This document shows positions 43,185 to 53,281 of a stretch of 64,000 bases of DNA, one piece after another. Numbering within the stretch: position 1 is the first letter of the stretch; the number at the start of each line of letters is the position of its first letter. A program made the position numbers and the translations under genes. The notes beneath the pieces are model-generated. The model saw nothing but the letters and a program-made list of their open reading frames with translations, was not told the origin of the DNA and searched no databases. Source of the stretch: an uncultured Gemmatimonadales bacterium (GTDB taxonomy: Bacteria; Gemmatimonadota; Gemmatimonadetes; Gemmatimonadales; GWC2-71-9); assembly GCA_963739455.1 (NCBI GenBank), contig CAVUAK010000001.1, positions 1,632,001 to 1,696,000 of the forward strand, in the 5' to 3' direction.

Positions 43185-44749
43185 TGTGTCCGCCGGGTGA
43201 ATACCACGTAGTCGCCCGCTGAATCGACCGGCGACCACGATTGGGCCAGCACCCGGCCAAACTCCGGGAACAGGGCAGGGATGCTCTTGCGCGGGAAGGG
43301 CTCTACGCCCGCGAGGGCACCGCGCGTTACCGCGACAAACCGCGTCTGCGGATCATCCAGGCCAGCCAGGTACTCGGCGCGGATGCGTTGCTGCACCGGG
43401 CCCGGCTCGAGCGAGCCTGCCGCAGTCGAGGCTGGGTTCACCAGCGGGAAGAAGAAGCCGACACGTGTCGGGGCACGGCGCTGCGCGAGTGCGCCGGCGA
43501 GTGGACTGTCCCAGATGATCACGCGGTCCTCGGGCAAAGAGTGCGACGTCAGGTATTTCGCGAGCGCCATGTCATTCTGGACGATGGCCGTTTCATCCGG
43601 CAGGAACTGGCGCACGAATGTTTCCTGGTTCATCCTGCCGGTCGCGTAGTCGGCCGCGTCGCGCACGCGCACCTGCAGTGGCAGTACCAGGAGTGCAGTG
43701 AGCAGCGCGAGCAGTCCTCCCGCCAGCGCGCGGGCAGGCGCGAATGACACCCCATCCGGCCGGCGGAGTGCCACGCTGAAGCCGATGCCCGCGAGCGGCG
43801 CCACCGACCAGAACACCGGCTGCCAATGGTAAATGAAGAACCGCCTTTGCGCCGCCACCGCTACCCATGCTCCCGCAGCCCACGCTAGCAGCAGCAGGGA
43901 CGAGCGCCGGTCGGACTTCCACAGCCAGGCGACGCCCAGTACCGCGGCCGGCAGCGCCAGGCCGAGCGGTGTCACCTGCGCCCGTACCAGCGACCATGCG
44001 GCGGCGCGCCACACGCTGCCCGTCAGGTTCCGCGACAGCTCGAGATTGAGGCTCAGGTACCCCTCGATCAACTGGGGCAGGGCTCCCCGCGAATGGAACC
44101 ACGCGGCGGCAACCGCCGCTGGCACGAGGGTGACAATCGACAGCAGTGCGGCGACCAGCAGCCGCCAGGCGATCGGTCGTGCGCCGAGCATGATGGCCAG
44201 CGCTGGGAGCGGGAGCCAGATGGCAAAGGTTGGTTTCTGCAGGAGCCCGGCACCCAGCAGCAGGGCGGCAACTGCGGCGAGTCCCGGCCGGCGATGCAGG
44301 TCGGGTCGGAGCAGCGCCGCCATGGCGATCGCGGATATGGCGGCAATCCACGCGTCCGGCTGCGCGGTGTTGTAGAAGTCGGTGGAGTAGTGAGTCAGGA
44401 CGAGGAAGAAGGCCGTCAGCACGCCGGCATTGCCCGGCACGAAGCGCCGTACGATGGCTGCCACTGCGACGGCCCCGGCAGTGACGAAGGCGAGGTCCAG
44501 GAGACGCACCGGCCACATCACCGGGATCTCGCTGCGCTGCACCAGGGCATACGCGTAGTACGCGAACGGCCCCTTCGCATCCCAGGCGTCCCGGTACGGA
44601 AGGCCACCGTGCCGGATGATGTCGCCAACCCAGGTGAAGATCCCCGGGTCCCACGCAAAGGGCCACGTCAGTGACGCGAGACCCACGAGCAGGGTGAAGA
44701 GACCGAGAGCCCAGGTCGCGAGTTGCCCGAGGTTGGCCGGGCGAATCAC
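43181..44749 (-). CDS. GT-C (ArnT/PMT-like) membrane glycosyltransferase
   Basis: WDPGIF, LPYRDAWDAKGP and QPD motifs; many TM segments and a soluble C-terminal domain. Confidence 0.7.
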   Translation of the reverse strand: MIRPANLGQLATWALGLFTLLVGLASLTWPFAWDPGIFTWVGDIIRHGGLPYRDAWDAKGPFAYYAYALVQRSEIPVMWPVRLLDLAFVTAGAVAVAAIVRRFVPGNAGVLTAFFLVLTHYSTDFYNTAQPDAWIAAISAIAMAALLRPDLHRRPGLAAVAALLLGAGLLQKPTFAIWLPLPALAIMLGARPIAWRLLVAALLSIVTLVPAAVAAAWFHSRGALPQLIEGYLSLNLELSRNLTGSVWRAAAWSLVRAQVTPLGLALPAAVLGVAWLWKSDRRSSLLLLAWAAGAWVAVAAQRRFFIYHWQPVFWSVAPLAGIGFSVALRRPDGVSFAPARALAGGLLALLTALLVLPLQVRVRDAADYATGRMNQETFVRQFLPDETAIVQNDMALAKYLTSHSLPEDRVIIWDSPLAGALAQRRAPTRVGFFFPLVNPASTAAGSLEPGPVQQRIRAEYLAGLDDPQTRFVAVTRGALAGVEPFPRKSIPALFPEFGRVLAQSWSPVDSAGDYVVFTRRTQ

Positions 44750-44801
44750 ACCAGTGCCGGTTCCCTGGTGCCCGCTTTCTCGATGCGCACGGCGCTCACT
44801 T

Positions 44802-45701
44802 TCAGGCGCCGGCGGCCTGGCGGTGTTCGGTGGGCGTGGGCTTTACCAGGACACAACCGGATGGGCGCGGCCCACGTCGCCGCCGGGGTGTTTCCTCCCG
44901 ATCCCAGCCGTCGTAAAACGTGAAGACCGCCTCGGGTACAAGGGCGGTCGAGGGGAGCAGCACGTGGAGTCCCCGCGCATTGGTCTGGGACTGCAGGGCA
45001 CGCAGGGCATCGAATCGGGTCGGGCTGTCGAGTTCGGCCAGCGCCGCCAGGTCCACCACCACCAGGTCAAACGGCTCGGTGCACGGCGGCAGCCAGTCGC
45101 CGAACTGCACCATCAGGGCGAAGAAGCGCGCGGCGAGGGACTCGGTGGCAAGCCGCTGCTCCAGCCGCTCGACGACGCCAAGGTCAGACGCCCAGAACAC
45201 CACGTCAACGTCATGCGCGGTGAGCAGGCAGGCGCACGCCTCGGCTCCCTTGCCTACTACGAGCGCGCGGTCGGTCGGCACCAGCCGCTGGAGCAGCGGT
45301 ACGACTGGGCACACTTCGTCGAGACCCCAGTGGGTTGGCTCCTTCTGCGCGGCGCGCAGCTTGAGCACATGCTCCCCGAACTTCTTTTGTGTCTTGAGCT
45401 TGAGTCGCTTGCGGATGAGCGCGTCCACCACTTCGCCAGTCAGCAGCTCAGTGAGCACGAGCTGGCTTTCATCCGAGTCGTAGAGGCCGGCGGTTGCCTC
45501 ACCAGCGAGACGCATGATTTCGTCGCGCGTCACCGAGTTCTTGAACGCCTCGATGCGCTGCATGACGTATTCGTGGTACAGCTGGGTCAGGGACGGAGGC
45601 GGACGACGGCGCCCGGCGGTTCGGAGGGCGTCGGCGGCCGTCAGCATGCGTTGCGGACGTTCGAAGGGGTATTTGCAGCCATCTCCTTGCAAATTCGGCA
45701 A
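44802..45701 (-). CDS. Hypothetical protein: helical N-terminal domain plus a degenerate class I methyltransferase-like fold
   Basis: RALVVGKG and PFDLVVVD...GLHVL resemble SAM-methyltransferase strands; start may be about 45648. Confidence 0.6.
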   Translation of the reverse strand: MPNLQGDGCKYPFERPQRMLTAADALRTAGRRRPPPSLTQLYHEYVMQRIEAFKNSVTRDEIMRLAGEATAGLYDSDESQLVLTELLTGEVVDALIRKRLKLKTQKKFGEHVLKLRAAQKEPTHWGLDEVCPVVPLLQRLVPTDRALVVGKGAEACACLLTAHDVDVVFWASDLGVVERLEQRLATESLAARFFALMVQFGDWLPPCTEPFDLVVVDLAALAELDSPTRFDALRALQSQTNARGLHVLLPSTALVPEAVFTFYDGWDREETPRRRRGPRPSGCVLVKPTPTEHRQAAGA

Positions 45702-45715
45702 TTAGCTCGGATCAG

Positions 45716-46888
45716 TCAAGCCAGTGCGCGAATCAGGGCTCCCTTTAGATATCCAGTCTCGGGCACGGCCAGGAGCTCCGGATGGTCGGCCCCCTGCCCG
45801 AGCACATGTTCCAATATGAGACTCCGACCAGAATCGGCTGCCGCGCCCGCCAGCATGTCCAGGAAGTCGGCCCGGCGCACATGGTGTGAACAGGAGGCGG
45901 TGAGCAGCACCCCTCCCGGCGCGAGGATCCGCATCGCTCGGCGGTTCACCTCGGCGTAGCCCTTGAGCGCCTGCGGCACCGACGATCGTGACTTTGCGAA
46001 AGCCGGTGGATCGAGTGCGATGGCGTCGAAGCGTTCCCGTCCGCGGTCGAAGCCGCGCAGGATGTCGAACGCATCGCCCTCGAGCCAGTCGATGTTGCCG
46101 AAGCCATTCAGCAATGCGTTCTGCTTTCCGCGCTCCAGTGCCTCGGCGCTGGCATCGAGCGCAACCACGGCACCACACCGCGCGGCGAGGTGCAGCGCAA
46201 ACGATCCATGGTACGCGAAGCAATCGAGTCCGCGTCCACCCGACTTTGCGAGGGCGCCGAGCAGCATGCGGTTCGGTCGCTGGTCGAGGAATGCGCCGGT
46301 CTTCTGTCCGGTCCATGGTGCAGCGAGGTAGTGCACCGCGCCCTCCCGCACGTCGATCGACTCCGGCACCGCGCCCATAACCAGCTCGACGCCGGCCGGC
46401 AGTCCTTCGCGCTGGCGGGTGGAGTTGTCGTGCCGCAGCAAGACACCTTCGGGCTCGAGCACCTCTCCAATGGCGGCGAGGATATCGCCGCGCATCGTCT
46501 CGAGGCCCGCCGACAGGAGCTGGGCCACGACCCAGCGGTCATAGCGGTCGATGATGAGCGAGGGGAGGCCGTCACCCTCGCCGTGAACCGTTCGATAGGC
46601 GGTGGCGTCGATGCCCTCGCGCCGCCCGAGACAGGACGCGAGCCGGTCTCTCCACCACGCGGCGTCGACGCTGCGCTCGGTTCGCTCCAGTAGCCGGAGC
46701 TGGATCTCTGATCGGGGAGAGAACAGCGCCTGGCCCACGAACTTGTCTCGCGGGTCGAACACGGAAACGAGACCGGCCGCCTCGGGAGCGGCCGTAACGT
46801 CGCTGCGATAGATCCAGGGATGCCCGCGCGTCCATCGTTCCGCACCACGCGCCGTAACCCGAGCCACTGGGGCCCGCTCACCGCTCAC
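45716..46888 (-). CDS. RlmI-family SAM-dependent rRNA methyltransferase (PUA domain)
   Basis: GHPWIYRSD, HGEGDGLPSLIIDRY, GQKTGAFLDQR, DPPAFAK and PETGYLK motifs. Confidence 0.9.
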   Translation of the reverse strand: MSGERAPVARVTARGAERWTRGHPWIYRSDVTAAPEAAGLVSVFDPRDKFVGQALFSPRSEIQLRLLERTERSVDAAWWRDRLASCLGRREGIDATAYRTVHGEGDGLPSLIIDRYDRWVVAQLLSAGLETMRGDILAAIGEVLEPEGVLLRHDNSTRQREGLPAGVELVMGAVPESIDVREGAVHYLAAPWTGQKTGAFLDQRPNRMLLGALAKSGGRGLDCFAYHGSFALHLAARCGAVVALDASAEALERGKQNALLNGFGNIDWLEGDAFDILRGFDRGRERFDAIALDPPAFAKSRSSVPQALKGYAEVNRRAMRILAPGGVLLTASCSHHVRRADFLDMLAGAAADSGRSLILEHVLGQGADHPELLAVPETGYLKGALIRALA

Positions 46889-46946
46889 CGCTTACCACTC
46901 ACGCAGTTGCGGTTCCACCTCACGCAGTTGCAGTTCCTCCTCACGC
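46878..46946. repeat. 7-mer repeat (TCACCGC-like x3) followed by 21-bp repeat family copy 4 (contains the aroH stop)
   Basis: tcaccgc tcaccgc ttaccac tca; cgcagttgcggttccacctca cgcagttgcagttcctcctca cgc. Confidence 0.85.
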
Positions 46947-47327
46947 TTTTCCCGCGCGATCTGGACGCAGGGCAACTGCCTCGCGCAGGTAGATGTGCCG
47001 AATCTCCGACCTTGGCCTGGTCGTGTACGCGTGCACCAGTAGCCTGATACAGCGGGGCAGCGATCCCGGCACCGGGATCTCCGTCGAGTGCAGCAGGGCC
47101 ACGATGTTCCACCCGTAGTCCTCGGCTGCGCGCGCGGGGAACGCGGCGTCCAGGTCGCTCGTGACAGTGAAGATGCCGCTCACGATGTCGTCGGGCTGGA
47201 GCCCGTTGCTCTCGATGAGGTGCCGCAGCAGTTCATCGGTCGCCCCCAGGATCTGGGCGGCATCATTCGCGGCGACCGTGGTGGCCCCGCGAATCCCCTG
47301 CAGTCGGTAGTTTTCCCGGTCAGACAT
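46941..47327 (-). CDS. aroH: Chorismate mutase, AroH type
   Basis: GIRGATTV, DLDAAFPA, EIPVPGSLPRCIR and HIYLREAVALRPD motifs. Confidence 0.93.
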   Translation of the reverse strand: MSDRENYRLQGIRGATTVAANDAAQILGATDELLRHLIESNGLQPDDIVSGIFTVTSDLDAAFPARAAEDYGWNIVALLHSTEIPVPGSLPRCIRLLVHAYTTRPRSEIRHIYLREAVALRPDRAGKA

Positions 47328-47940
47328 GGCGACTAATCTAGCGCAGGCACTGCGCCTCATGCTGGTCACCGACGACACCGTCCTCCGGGGCCGCGATCTC
47401 GTCGCCGTCATCCAGGCGGCGGAGCAGGGGGGAATCACCTCGGTGCAGCTCCGACTCAAGCGGGCCACTGCGGCGGAACTGGCCCGACTGGGACGGGCAC
47501 TCCTGCAGGCGGTTGGCATACCCGTCATCATCAACGATCGAGTCGACGTCGCCATCGCCATCGGCGCACATGGCGTGCACCTCGGCCCCGACGACATGCC
47601 GGTGGCCATGGCACGCCGCATCGCGCCTCCCCGCTTCATCATCGGGGCGAGTGTCGGGCTCGAGAGCGAGGTGGGGAACGGTGCTGGCGCCGACTACTGG
47701 GGAATCGGGCCCTGGTCAGGAACGAGTACCAAGCGCGACGCCGGTGCCGCGCTCGGTGCAGCAGGGTTCGCCCACATCAGGGCCCATGCCGGCGCCCGTC
47801 CCTGCATGGCAATCGGCGGCATCCAGCCGGAGGATGCTGCTCCCGCCCTCGCCGCCGGCGCTGCTGGAGTTGCAGTTGTCTCAGGAATTCTCGGTGCGGA
47901 AGACATCGCCGCCGCCGCACGCCGCTACCGCGACTTGTAG
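47326..47940 (+). CDS. thiE: Thiamine-phosphate synthase
   Basis: VQLRLK, IINDRVD, GVHLGPDD, TSTK, AIGGI and GVAVVS motifs. Confidence 0.93.
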   Translation: MATNLAQALRLMLVTDDTVLRGRDLVAVIQAAEQGGITSVQLRLKRATAAELARLGRALLQAVGIPVIINDRVDVAIAIGAHGVHLGPDDMPVAMARRIAPPRFIIGASVGLESEVGNGAGADYWGIGPWSGTSTKRDAGAALGAAGFAHIRAHAGARPCMAIGGIQPEDAAPALAAGAAGVAVVSGILGAEDIAAAARRYRDL

Positions 47941-47941
47941 C

Positions 47942-47986
47942 CACGACTCACGACTCCTGTCGACTGCCCACTGACGACTGACGACC
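47942..47986. repeat. Degenerate 7-mer tandem repeat (CACGACT/GACGACT)
   Basis: Fills the thiE/mltG convergent gap. Confidence 0.7.
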
Positions 47987-48969
47987 TAATTGTCCTCTGG
48001 CCCCCTGCTTCGGCGCACGCGGGCAATCGCCCTCAGGTGCTCCCCATACGTCCGCGTGAACACATGATGCCCATCACCGGCAGCCACGAAAAACAGGTAC
48101 GGCACCGGGGCAGGGTAGAGTGCCGCCTCAATGCTCGCCTTCCCCGGTGAATTGACCGGGCCCGGCGGCAGTCCTGTATTGAGGTAGGTGTTGTAGGGAG
48201 ACTTGAAGCCGTAGTCCTTGAGAAGCAGTCGCGACTTGCGTGATCCGGTTGCCATCTGGATGGCGTATTGCACCGTCGGGTCGGCCTGCAGCGGCATCCC
48301 CTTCTTGATCCTGTTCCAGTAGACAGCGGAGATGACCGGGCGCTCGCTGTTCACCTGGGCCTCGCCCTCGATGATCGACGCGAGTGCCAGCAGGTGCAGG
48401 CGCGTCATGCCAAGGGTGTCGAGCCGTGCCGTCCAGGCCGGATCCCACACTTCCAGGCCCTGCTGTGCCATGATCCGCACCAGGGCTCGCGCGTTCACTC
48501 CGGCGGGCACGAGGTAGGTCTCCGGCAGCAGCAGCCCCTCGAAGTTCATGGCTCCGACCACGAACGCCGAGGCGCTGGCCTGGTCACTCGCGGCGGCCAT
48601 GAACGAATCCACCGGGATTTCCAGCGCCTCGTTCGCAATCAACGCGATCTCCGGGAGGGTCAGCCCCTCGGGCACCGTAATGCGCAGCATCAACTGGTCG
48701 CCCCGCTTGAGCGCATCCATCACCGACCAGGCGGATGAACCACGCGGCAGCTGGTACACCCCGGCGCGCACCGATCGATCGAGTCCCCGCACCCGCGCGA
48801 GCAGCTTGAACCACTTGGGGTGCTCGATCACGCCATGTGCTGCGAGCGAATCAGTCACCACGGAAAACGAACTGCCGGACGGAACGGTCACTTGCTCCAC
48901 CGGCCCTGTGGCGGGGCCGACACACGCCGCAACGAGGATTGCGAGCACCATCCACGACTGACGACTCAC
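47986..48969 (-). CDS. mltG: Endolytic transglycosylase MltG (YceG)
   Basis: EGLLLPETY, LASIIEGE, LQADPTVQY, SPYNTYLNTGLPPGP and YLFFVA motifs. Confidence 0.93.
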   Translation of the reverse strand: MSRQSWMVLAILVAACVGPATGPVEQVTVPSGSSFSVVTDSLAAHGVIEHPKWFKLLARVRGLDRSVRAGVYQLPRGSSAWSVMDALKRGDQLMLRITVPEGLTLPEIALIANEALEIPVDSFMAAASDQASASAFVVGAMNFEGLLLPETYLVPAGVNARALVRIMAQQGLEVWDPAWTARLDTLGMTRLHLLALASIIEGEAQVNSERPVISAVYWNRIKKGMPLQADPTVQYAIQMATGSRKSRLLLKDYGFKSPYNTYLNTGLPPGPVNSPGKASIEAALYPAPVPYLFFVAAGDGHHVFTRTYGEHLRAIARVRRSRGPEDN

Positions 48970-48997
48970 TGTCGACTCACGACTGTCGACTCACGGC
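48953..48997. repeat. Degenerate 7-mer tandem repeat over the ruvX stop and mltG start
   Basis: cacgact gacgact cactgt cgact cacgact gtcgact cacggct. Confidence 0.7.
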
Positions 48998-49494
48998 TCG
49001 GCATTCGCGCGCCGATCTCCCCCACCTCTCCTCGAGTCCAGGAACCCCTGCAGCAGCACACTTGCCGCCAGTGCGTCCACGTCCGCCTTGCGTCCCCGTG
49101 TGCTCCCGCCCTGTTCCTGGATTGCCCGGAGGGCGCGCGCCGTGCTCATGCGCTCGTCCCAGTAGGTCACCGGCAGGTGCGCGCGCTTTCCCATGAGCGT
49201 GCCGAGCTCCCGGGCGAAGCCTGCCGACTCGCCTTCGTCGCCCTCGAGCGTCAGCGGCAGTCCCACCACGAGGCCGACGGGATGATGCGCCTCGACGTGC
49301 CCCAGCAGCACTGGCATCGGGAACCGCTTTCCGTCACGCCGAGTCACGGTAGCGAGCGGCGAGGCGATGAGCTGCAGCTCGTCGCTCATGGCGAGGCCAA
49401 TGCGGCGCTCGCCCCAGTCGAGGGCGAGGATGCGGCCCTGGCCCGGGAGGTGAGGGGTGAGGGGTGAGGGGTGAGGAGGAAGCGTGTCGGGCAT
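48991..49494 (-). CDS. ruvX: Pre-16S rRNA nuclease / Holliday junction resolvase-like RuvX (YqgF)
   Basis: LALDWGERRIGLAMSD, VVGLP, WDERMST and DALAASVLLQGFL motifs; start uncertain. Confidence 0.92.
   Translation of the reverse strand: MPDTLPPHPSPLTPHLPGQGRILALDWGERRIGLAMSDELQLIASPLATVTRRDGKRFPMPVLLGHVEAHHPVGLVVGLPLTLEGDEGESAGFARELGTLMGKRAHLPVTYWDERMSTARALRAIQEQGGSTRGRKADVDALAASVLLQGFLDSRRGGGDRRANAEP
49449..49476. repeat. Perfect 7-mer tandem repeat GGTGAGG x4
   Basis: Read directly; lies in the 5' end of ruvX and would encode PHPSPLTPH. Confidence 0.85.
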
Positions 49495-49506
49495 CCACAA
49501 AACCTA

Positions 49507-49536
49507 AGCGGGTACGACCCGTAGGCCGCACCCGCT
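49507..49536 (-). other. Stable RNA hairpin with a C(UACG)G tetraloop between rho and ruvX
   Basis: Minus strand agcgggtgcggcc-tacg-ggtcgtacccgct: a 13-bp stem that pairs fully only on this strand, via two G-U pairs. Confidence 0.7.
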
Positions 49537-49558
49537 GGGAACACCCCCTCACCCCTTA

Positions 49559-49590
49559 CGCTGTTGCAGTTCCCCCTTACGCCGTTGCGG

Positions 49591-49593
<3 letters not shown>
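49559..49593. repeat. 21-bp tandem repeat family, copy 5 (overlaps the rho stop)
   Basis: cgctgttgcagttccccctta cgccgttgcggtta. Confidence 0.8.
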
Positions 49594-50838
<1,245 letters not shown>

Positions 50839-51008
50839 GGAGGGACTCCAAGCGGGTCGGAGCCGCCACAGGGCGCGGCGGTCAGCAACGGAGGGTTGGG
50901 GAAAGGCTCAGCAACGTGAAAGAATTAATGGCGGCAGGCGCAGAACGGCGTCACTCAGCCATCAAGGTTGTCTGGGGGAGCAAAGGTGTACGGGGCTTGA
51001 CAGGGGAT

Positions 51009-51038
51009 AACGTAAGGTGCGTCCTGTCATGTCGTCAA
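51009..51038 (-). promoter_or_regulatory. Candidate sigma-70 promoter for rho
   Basis: Minus strand TTGACG-N18-TACGTT, giving a C/U-rich leader of about 165 nt. Confidence 0.45.
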
Positions 51039-51067
51039 GAGGGCGTGCCCCTGGCCCCTGGCACCGG

Positions 51068-52318
51068 GTGAACCGCCGAACCGCGTCCTTCGCCGCGGCC
51101 CTCATGGTCGTGGCCGTCCTCCTGCTCACCCTTTGGCCGCTTCCCGAACAGGCCTACCGGTCGTCACTCTCGCCCGTGACCTGCCTGGTTTGCGGCGACC
51201 AGGGCGTTCAGGATGTCTTCCAGAACATCATCATGCTGCTGCCGCTCGGCCTGGCCCTCGGCCTGGCTGGCGTGCGGCCCGGCAGGGCGGCGCTCGGTGC
51301 GTTCGGGCTCGCGGTGCTGGTGGAGTCGCTGCAGTACACTGTCGTCCCTGGCCGCGATGCGAGCCTGAGCGACGTGCTGACGAACACCGTTGGAGCGGCA
51401 CTCGGAGCGGCGATTGCACCGCATCTGCCGACGCTCCTGCGTCCGGGACGCCGTGCCGCGGCGGCCCTTGGCGTCATGGCAATAGTATGCTGGGCGTCAG
51501 CCTGGCTATTCGGTGCCTGGGCGTTGCAGGGAAATATTGGCGCGGGGCACTGGCGCGGGCGGTTCCCAGGAGACCTGCCTGACGCGCCTGCCCTGAACGG
51601 CGAGGCTCTGCGCGCGAGCATCAGTGACGCGCCCCTGGCACGGGTCCCGGCAACCCTGCCGCTCAGTGTCGAGCAGGGGTTCGCGCGCGACTCGTTCTCG
51701 CTGCATGTGGAGGCCAGGCCGGGCCCGCCAATCGCATGGCGTGAGAATGTCGTCACCATCATCGATTTCCGGGACAATGGTGGGGACGCCAACAACAGCC
51801 TTGTCATGACACTGAACCGCGTGCGAACTCGCGCGCTCCTGACCTTCCGGATCAACGCGGCGCGGGCGCGGCTCCGAACACCGAGCTTCAATCTCGGCCC
51901 GGCTTTCGATGTGCCGCCCGGCGGTGACGTGTCGCTTCAGGTGTCCAGGCAGCGGGGGACGCTGCACGCCGAAGCACAACGTGGCGGACAGTCGCTCGTC
52001 ACGGAGTATCGCATCGGACCCGAGCTCCTCTGGAGCGTCATGGCGCCCCGAACCCCGTGGCCGGGCCCGGTGTGGATGGTTGAGGCATTCCTCTGGGCGG
52101 CGGCACTGCTGGGAGTCGGCGGATACTGGGTCGGTCGCTCGCGGTCCGCAGGTATCCTCATCCTCGTGCTGGCCCTGTCGGTTTCGGTACAGCTCCTGAC
52201 GCCACGCTTCTTCGCCGTAGCGCCGCAGTCGCTCCTTGGCTGGATCATGCTTCTGGGCGGCTTTGTCATCGGCGTCTTCGTGGGCCGCCGAAACGCTGCC
52301 CCGGCTCCTGACTCTTAA
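51068..52318 (+). CDS. VanZ-family membrane protein with an extended C-terminal region
   Basis: DVFQNIIMLLPLG, VESLQY..PGR.ASLSDVLTNTVG motifs. Confidence 0.8.
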   Translation: MNRRTASFAAALMVVAVLLLTLWPLPEQAYRSSLSPVTCLVCGDQGVQDVFQNIIMLLPLGLALGLAGVRPGRAALGAFGLAVLVESLQYTVVPGRDASLSDVLTNTVGAALGAAIAPHLPTLLRPGRRAAAALGVMAIVCWASAWLFGAWALQGNIGAGHWRGRFPGDLPDAPALNGEALRASISDAPLARVPATLPLSVEQGFARDSFSLHVEARPGPPIAWRENVVTIIDFRDNGGDANNSLVMTLNRVRTRALLTFRINAARARLRTPSFNLGPAFDVPPGGDVSLQVSRQRGTLHAEAQRGGQSLVTEYRIGPELLWSVMAPRTPWPGPVWMVEAFLWAAALLGVGGYWVGRSRSAGILILVLALSVSVQLLTPRFFAVAPQSLLGWIMLLGGFVIGVFVGRRNAAPAPDS

Positions 52319-52343
52319 CTCTTAACTCTTAACTCTCGACTGC
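52309..52343. repeat. 7-mer tandem repeat TAACTCT x3 with degenerate flanks, containing the VanZ stop
   Basis: tgactct taactct taactct taactct cgactgc. Confidence 0.85.
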
Positions 52344-52345
52344 CC

Positions 52346-52690
52346 ATGCCCAGAGCGCTCCAGGCCGTCATCCTGCTCATCTTCTCAAACATCTTCATGA
52401 CCTTCGCCTGGTACGGCCATCTCCGTACGCTGGCCGACCGACCGTGGTACCTGGCCGCGGTTGTGAGCTGGGGTATCGCCCTCTTCGAGTACCTGCTGCA
52501 GGTGCCGGCGAACCGTATCGGATACACCGTGATGACGCTGCCCCAGCTCAAGGTGACCCAGGAGGTCATCACGCTGCTGGTGTTCGTCCCCTTCGCCATC
52601 GTCTACATGAAGCAGCGAATGCACTGGGATTTCGCCTGGGCGGGCCTCTGCCTCCTCGGCGCGGTGTACTTCGTCTTTCGCCCCAAGTGA
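52346..52690 (+). CDS. DMT family small membrane protein (DUF486-like)
   Basis: SNIFMTFAWYGHL, SWGIALFEYLLQVPANRIG and QLKVTQEVITL motifs. Confidence 0.9.
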   Translation: MPRALQAVILLIFSNIFMTFAWYGHLRTLADRPWYLAAVVSWGIALFEYLLQVPANRIGYTVMTLPQLKVTQEVITLLVFVPFAIVYMKQRMHWDFAWAGLCLLGAVYFVFRPK

Positions 52691-52709
52691 CGCCGAATGG
52701 CGCGAACGC

Positions 52710-52744
52710 AAAAAGGGCCGCATCCGTGAGGATGCGGCCCTTTC
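52710..52744. terminator. Bidirectional intrinsic terminator
   Basis: aaaagggccgcatcc-gtga-ggatgcggcccttt. Confidence 0.9.
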
Positions 52745-52760
52745 GACGTTCCCTGAAGAA

Positions 52761-52970
52761 CTACTTCTTCCGGGCGACGTTCTCGGCGGCGGGACCCTTG
52801 GCCCCCTGCACGATGTCGAACTCAACGACCTCGCCCTCGCTCAGCGTCTTGAAGCCCGAGCCCTGGATCGCCGAGTGGTGCACGAAGCAGTCCTTCTCGC
52901 CGCTGTCAGGAGTAATGAAACCGAAGCCCTTGGCGTCGTTGAACCACTTCACCTTGCCGGTGGTACGCAT
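52761..52970 (-). CDS. Cold-shock protein (CspA family)
   Basis: [22 protein letters not shown] and KGPAAENV motifs. Confidence 0.97.
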   Translation of the reverse strand: MRTTGKVKWFNDAKGFGFITPDSGEKDCFVHHSAIQGSGFKTLSEGEVVEFDIVQGAKGPAAENVARKK

Positions 52971-53169
52971 GTGAAACCCTTTCAAAATGACTTGTGCTGT
53001 CGGGTGTCCGGACATGCCGTACCCACCGACTGCTGGCGGAAACAACCCTCCGCCGTGGGTGCGGTCACTCGACCGCGATGGCTAGACACAATGAGAGGAC
53101 CTAGGATGGTCCCAGGTCCTCTTGGAAGAATCTGGCCATAACTGCTCGCGCACCAGCGCGAACCGCAAC

Positions 53170-53198
53170 AATGTACCGTACCCGGCCCCGGTTTGCAA
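53170..53198 (-). promoter_or_regulatory. Candidate sigma-70 promoter for csp
   Basis: TTGCAA-N17-TACATT, implying a leader of about 190 nt. Confidence 0.6.
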
Positions 53199-53281
53199 TC
53201 GGCCCCTATTCCGGGACGCCTTGGAGTCGAATTCGCCATCTTTGGGGCCCCGCCTGCAGGGCCTCCCCGACCTGGAGAATC

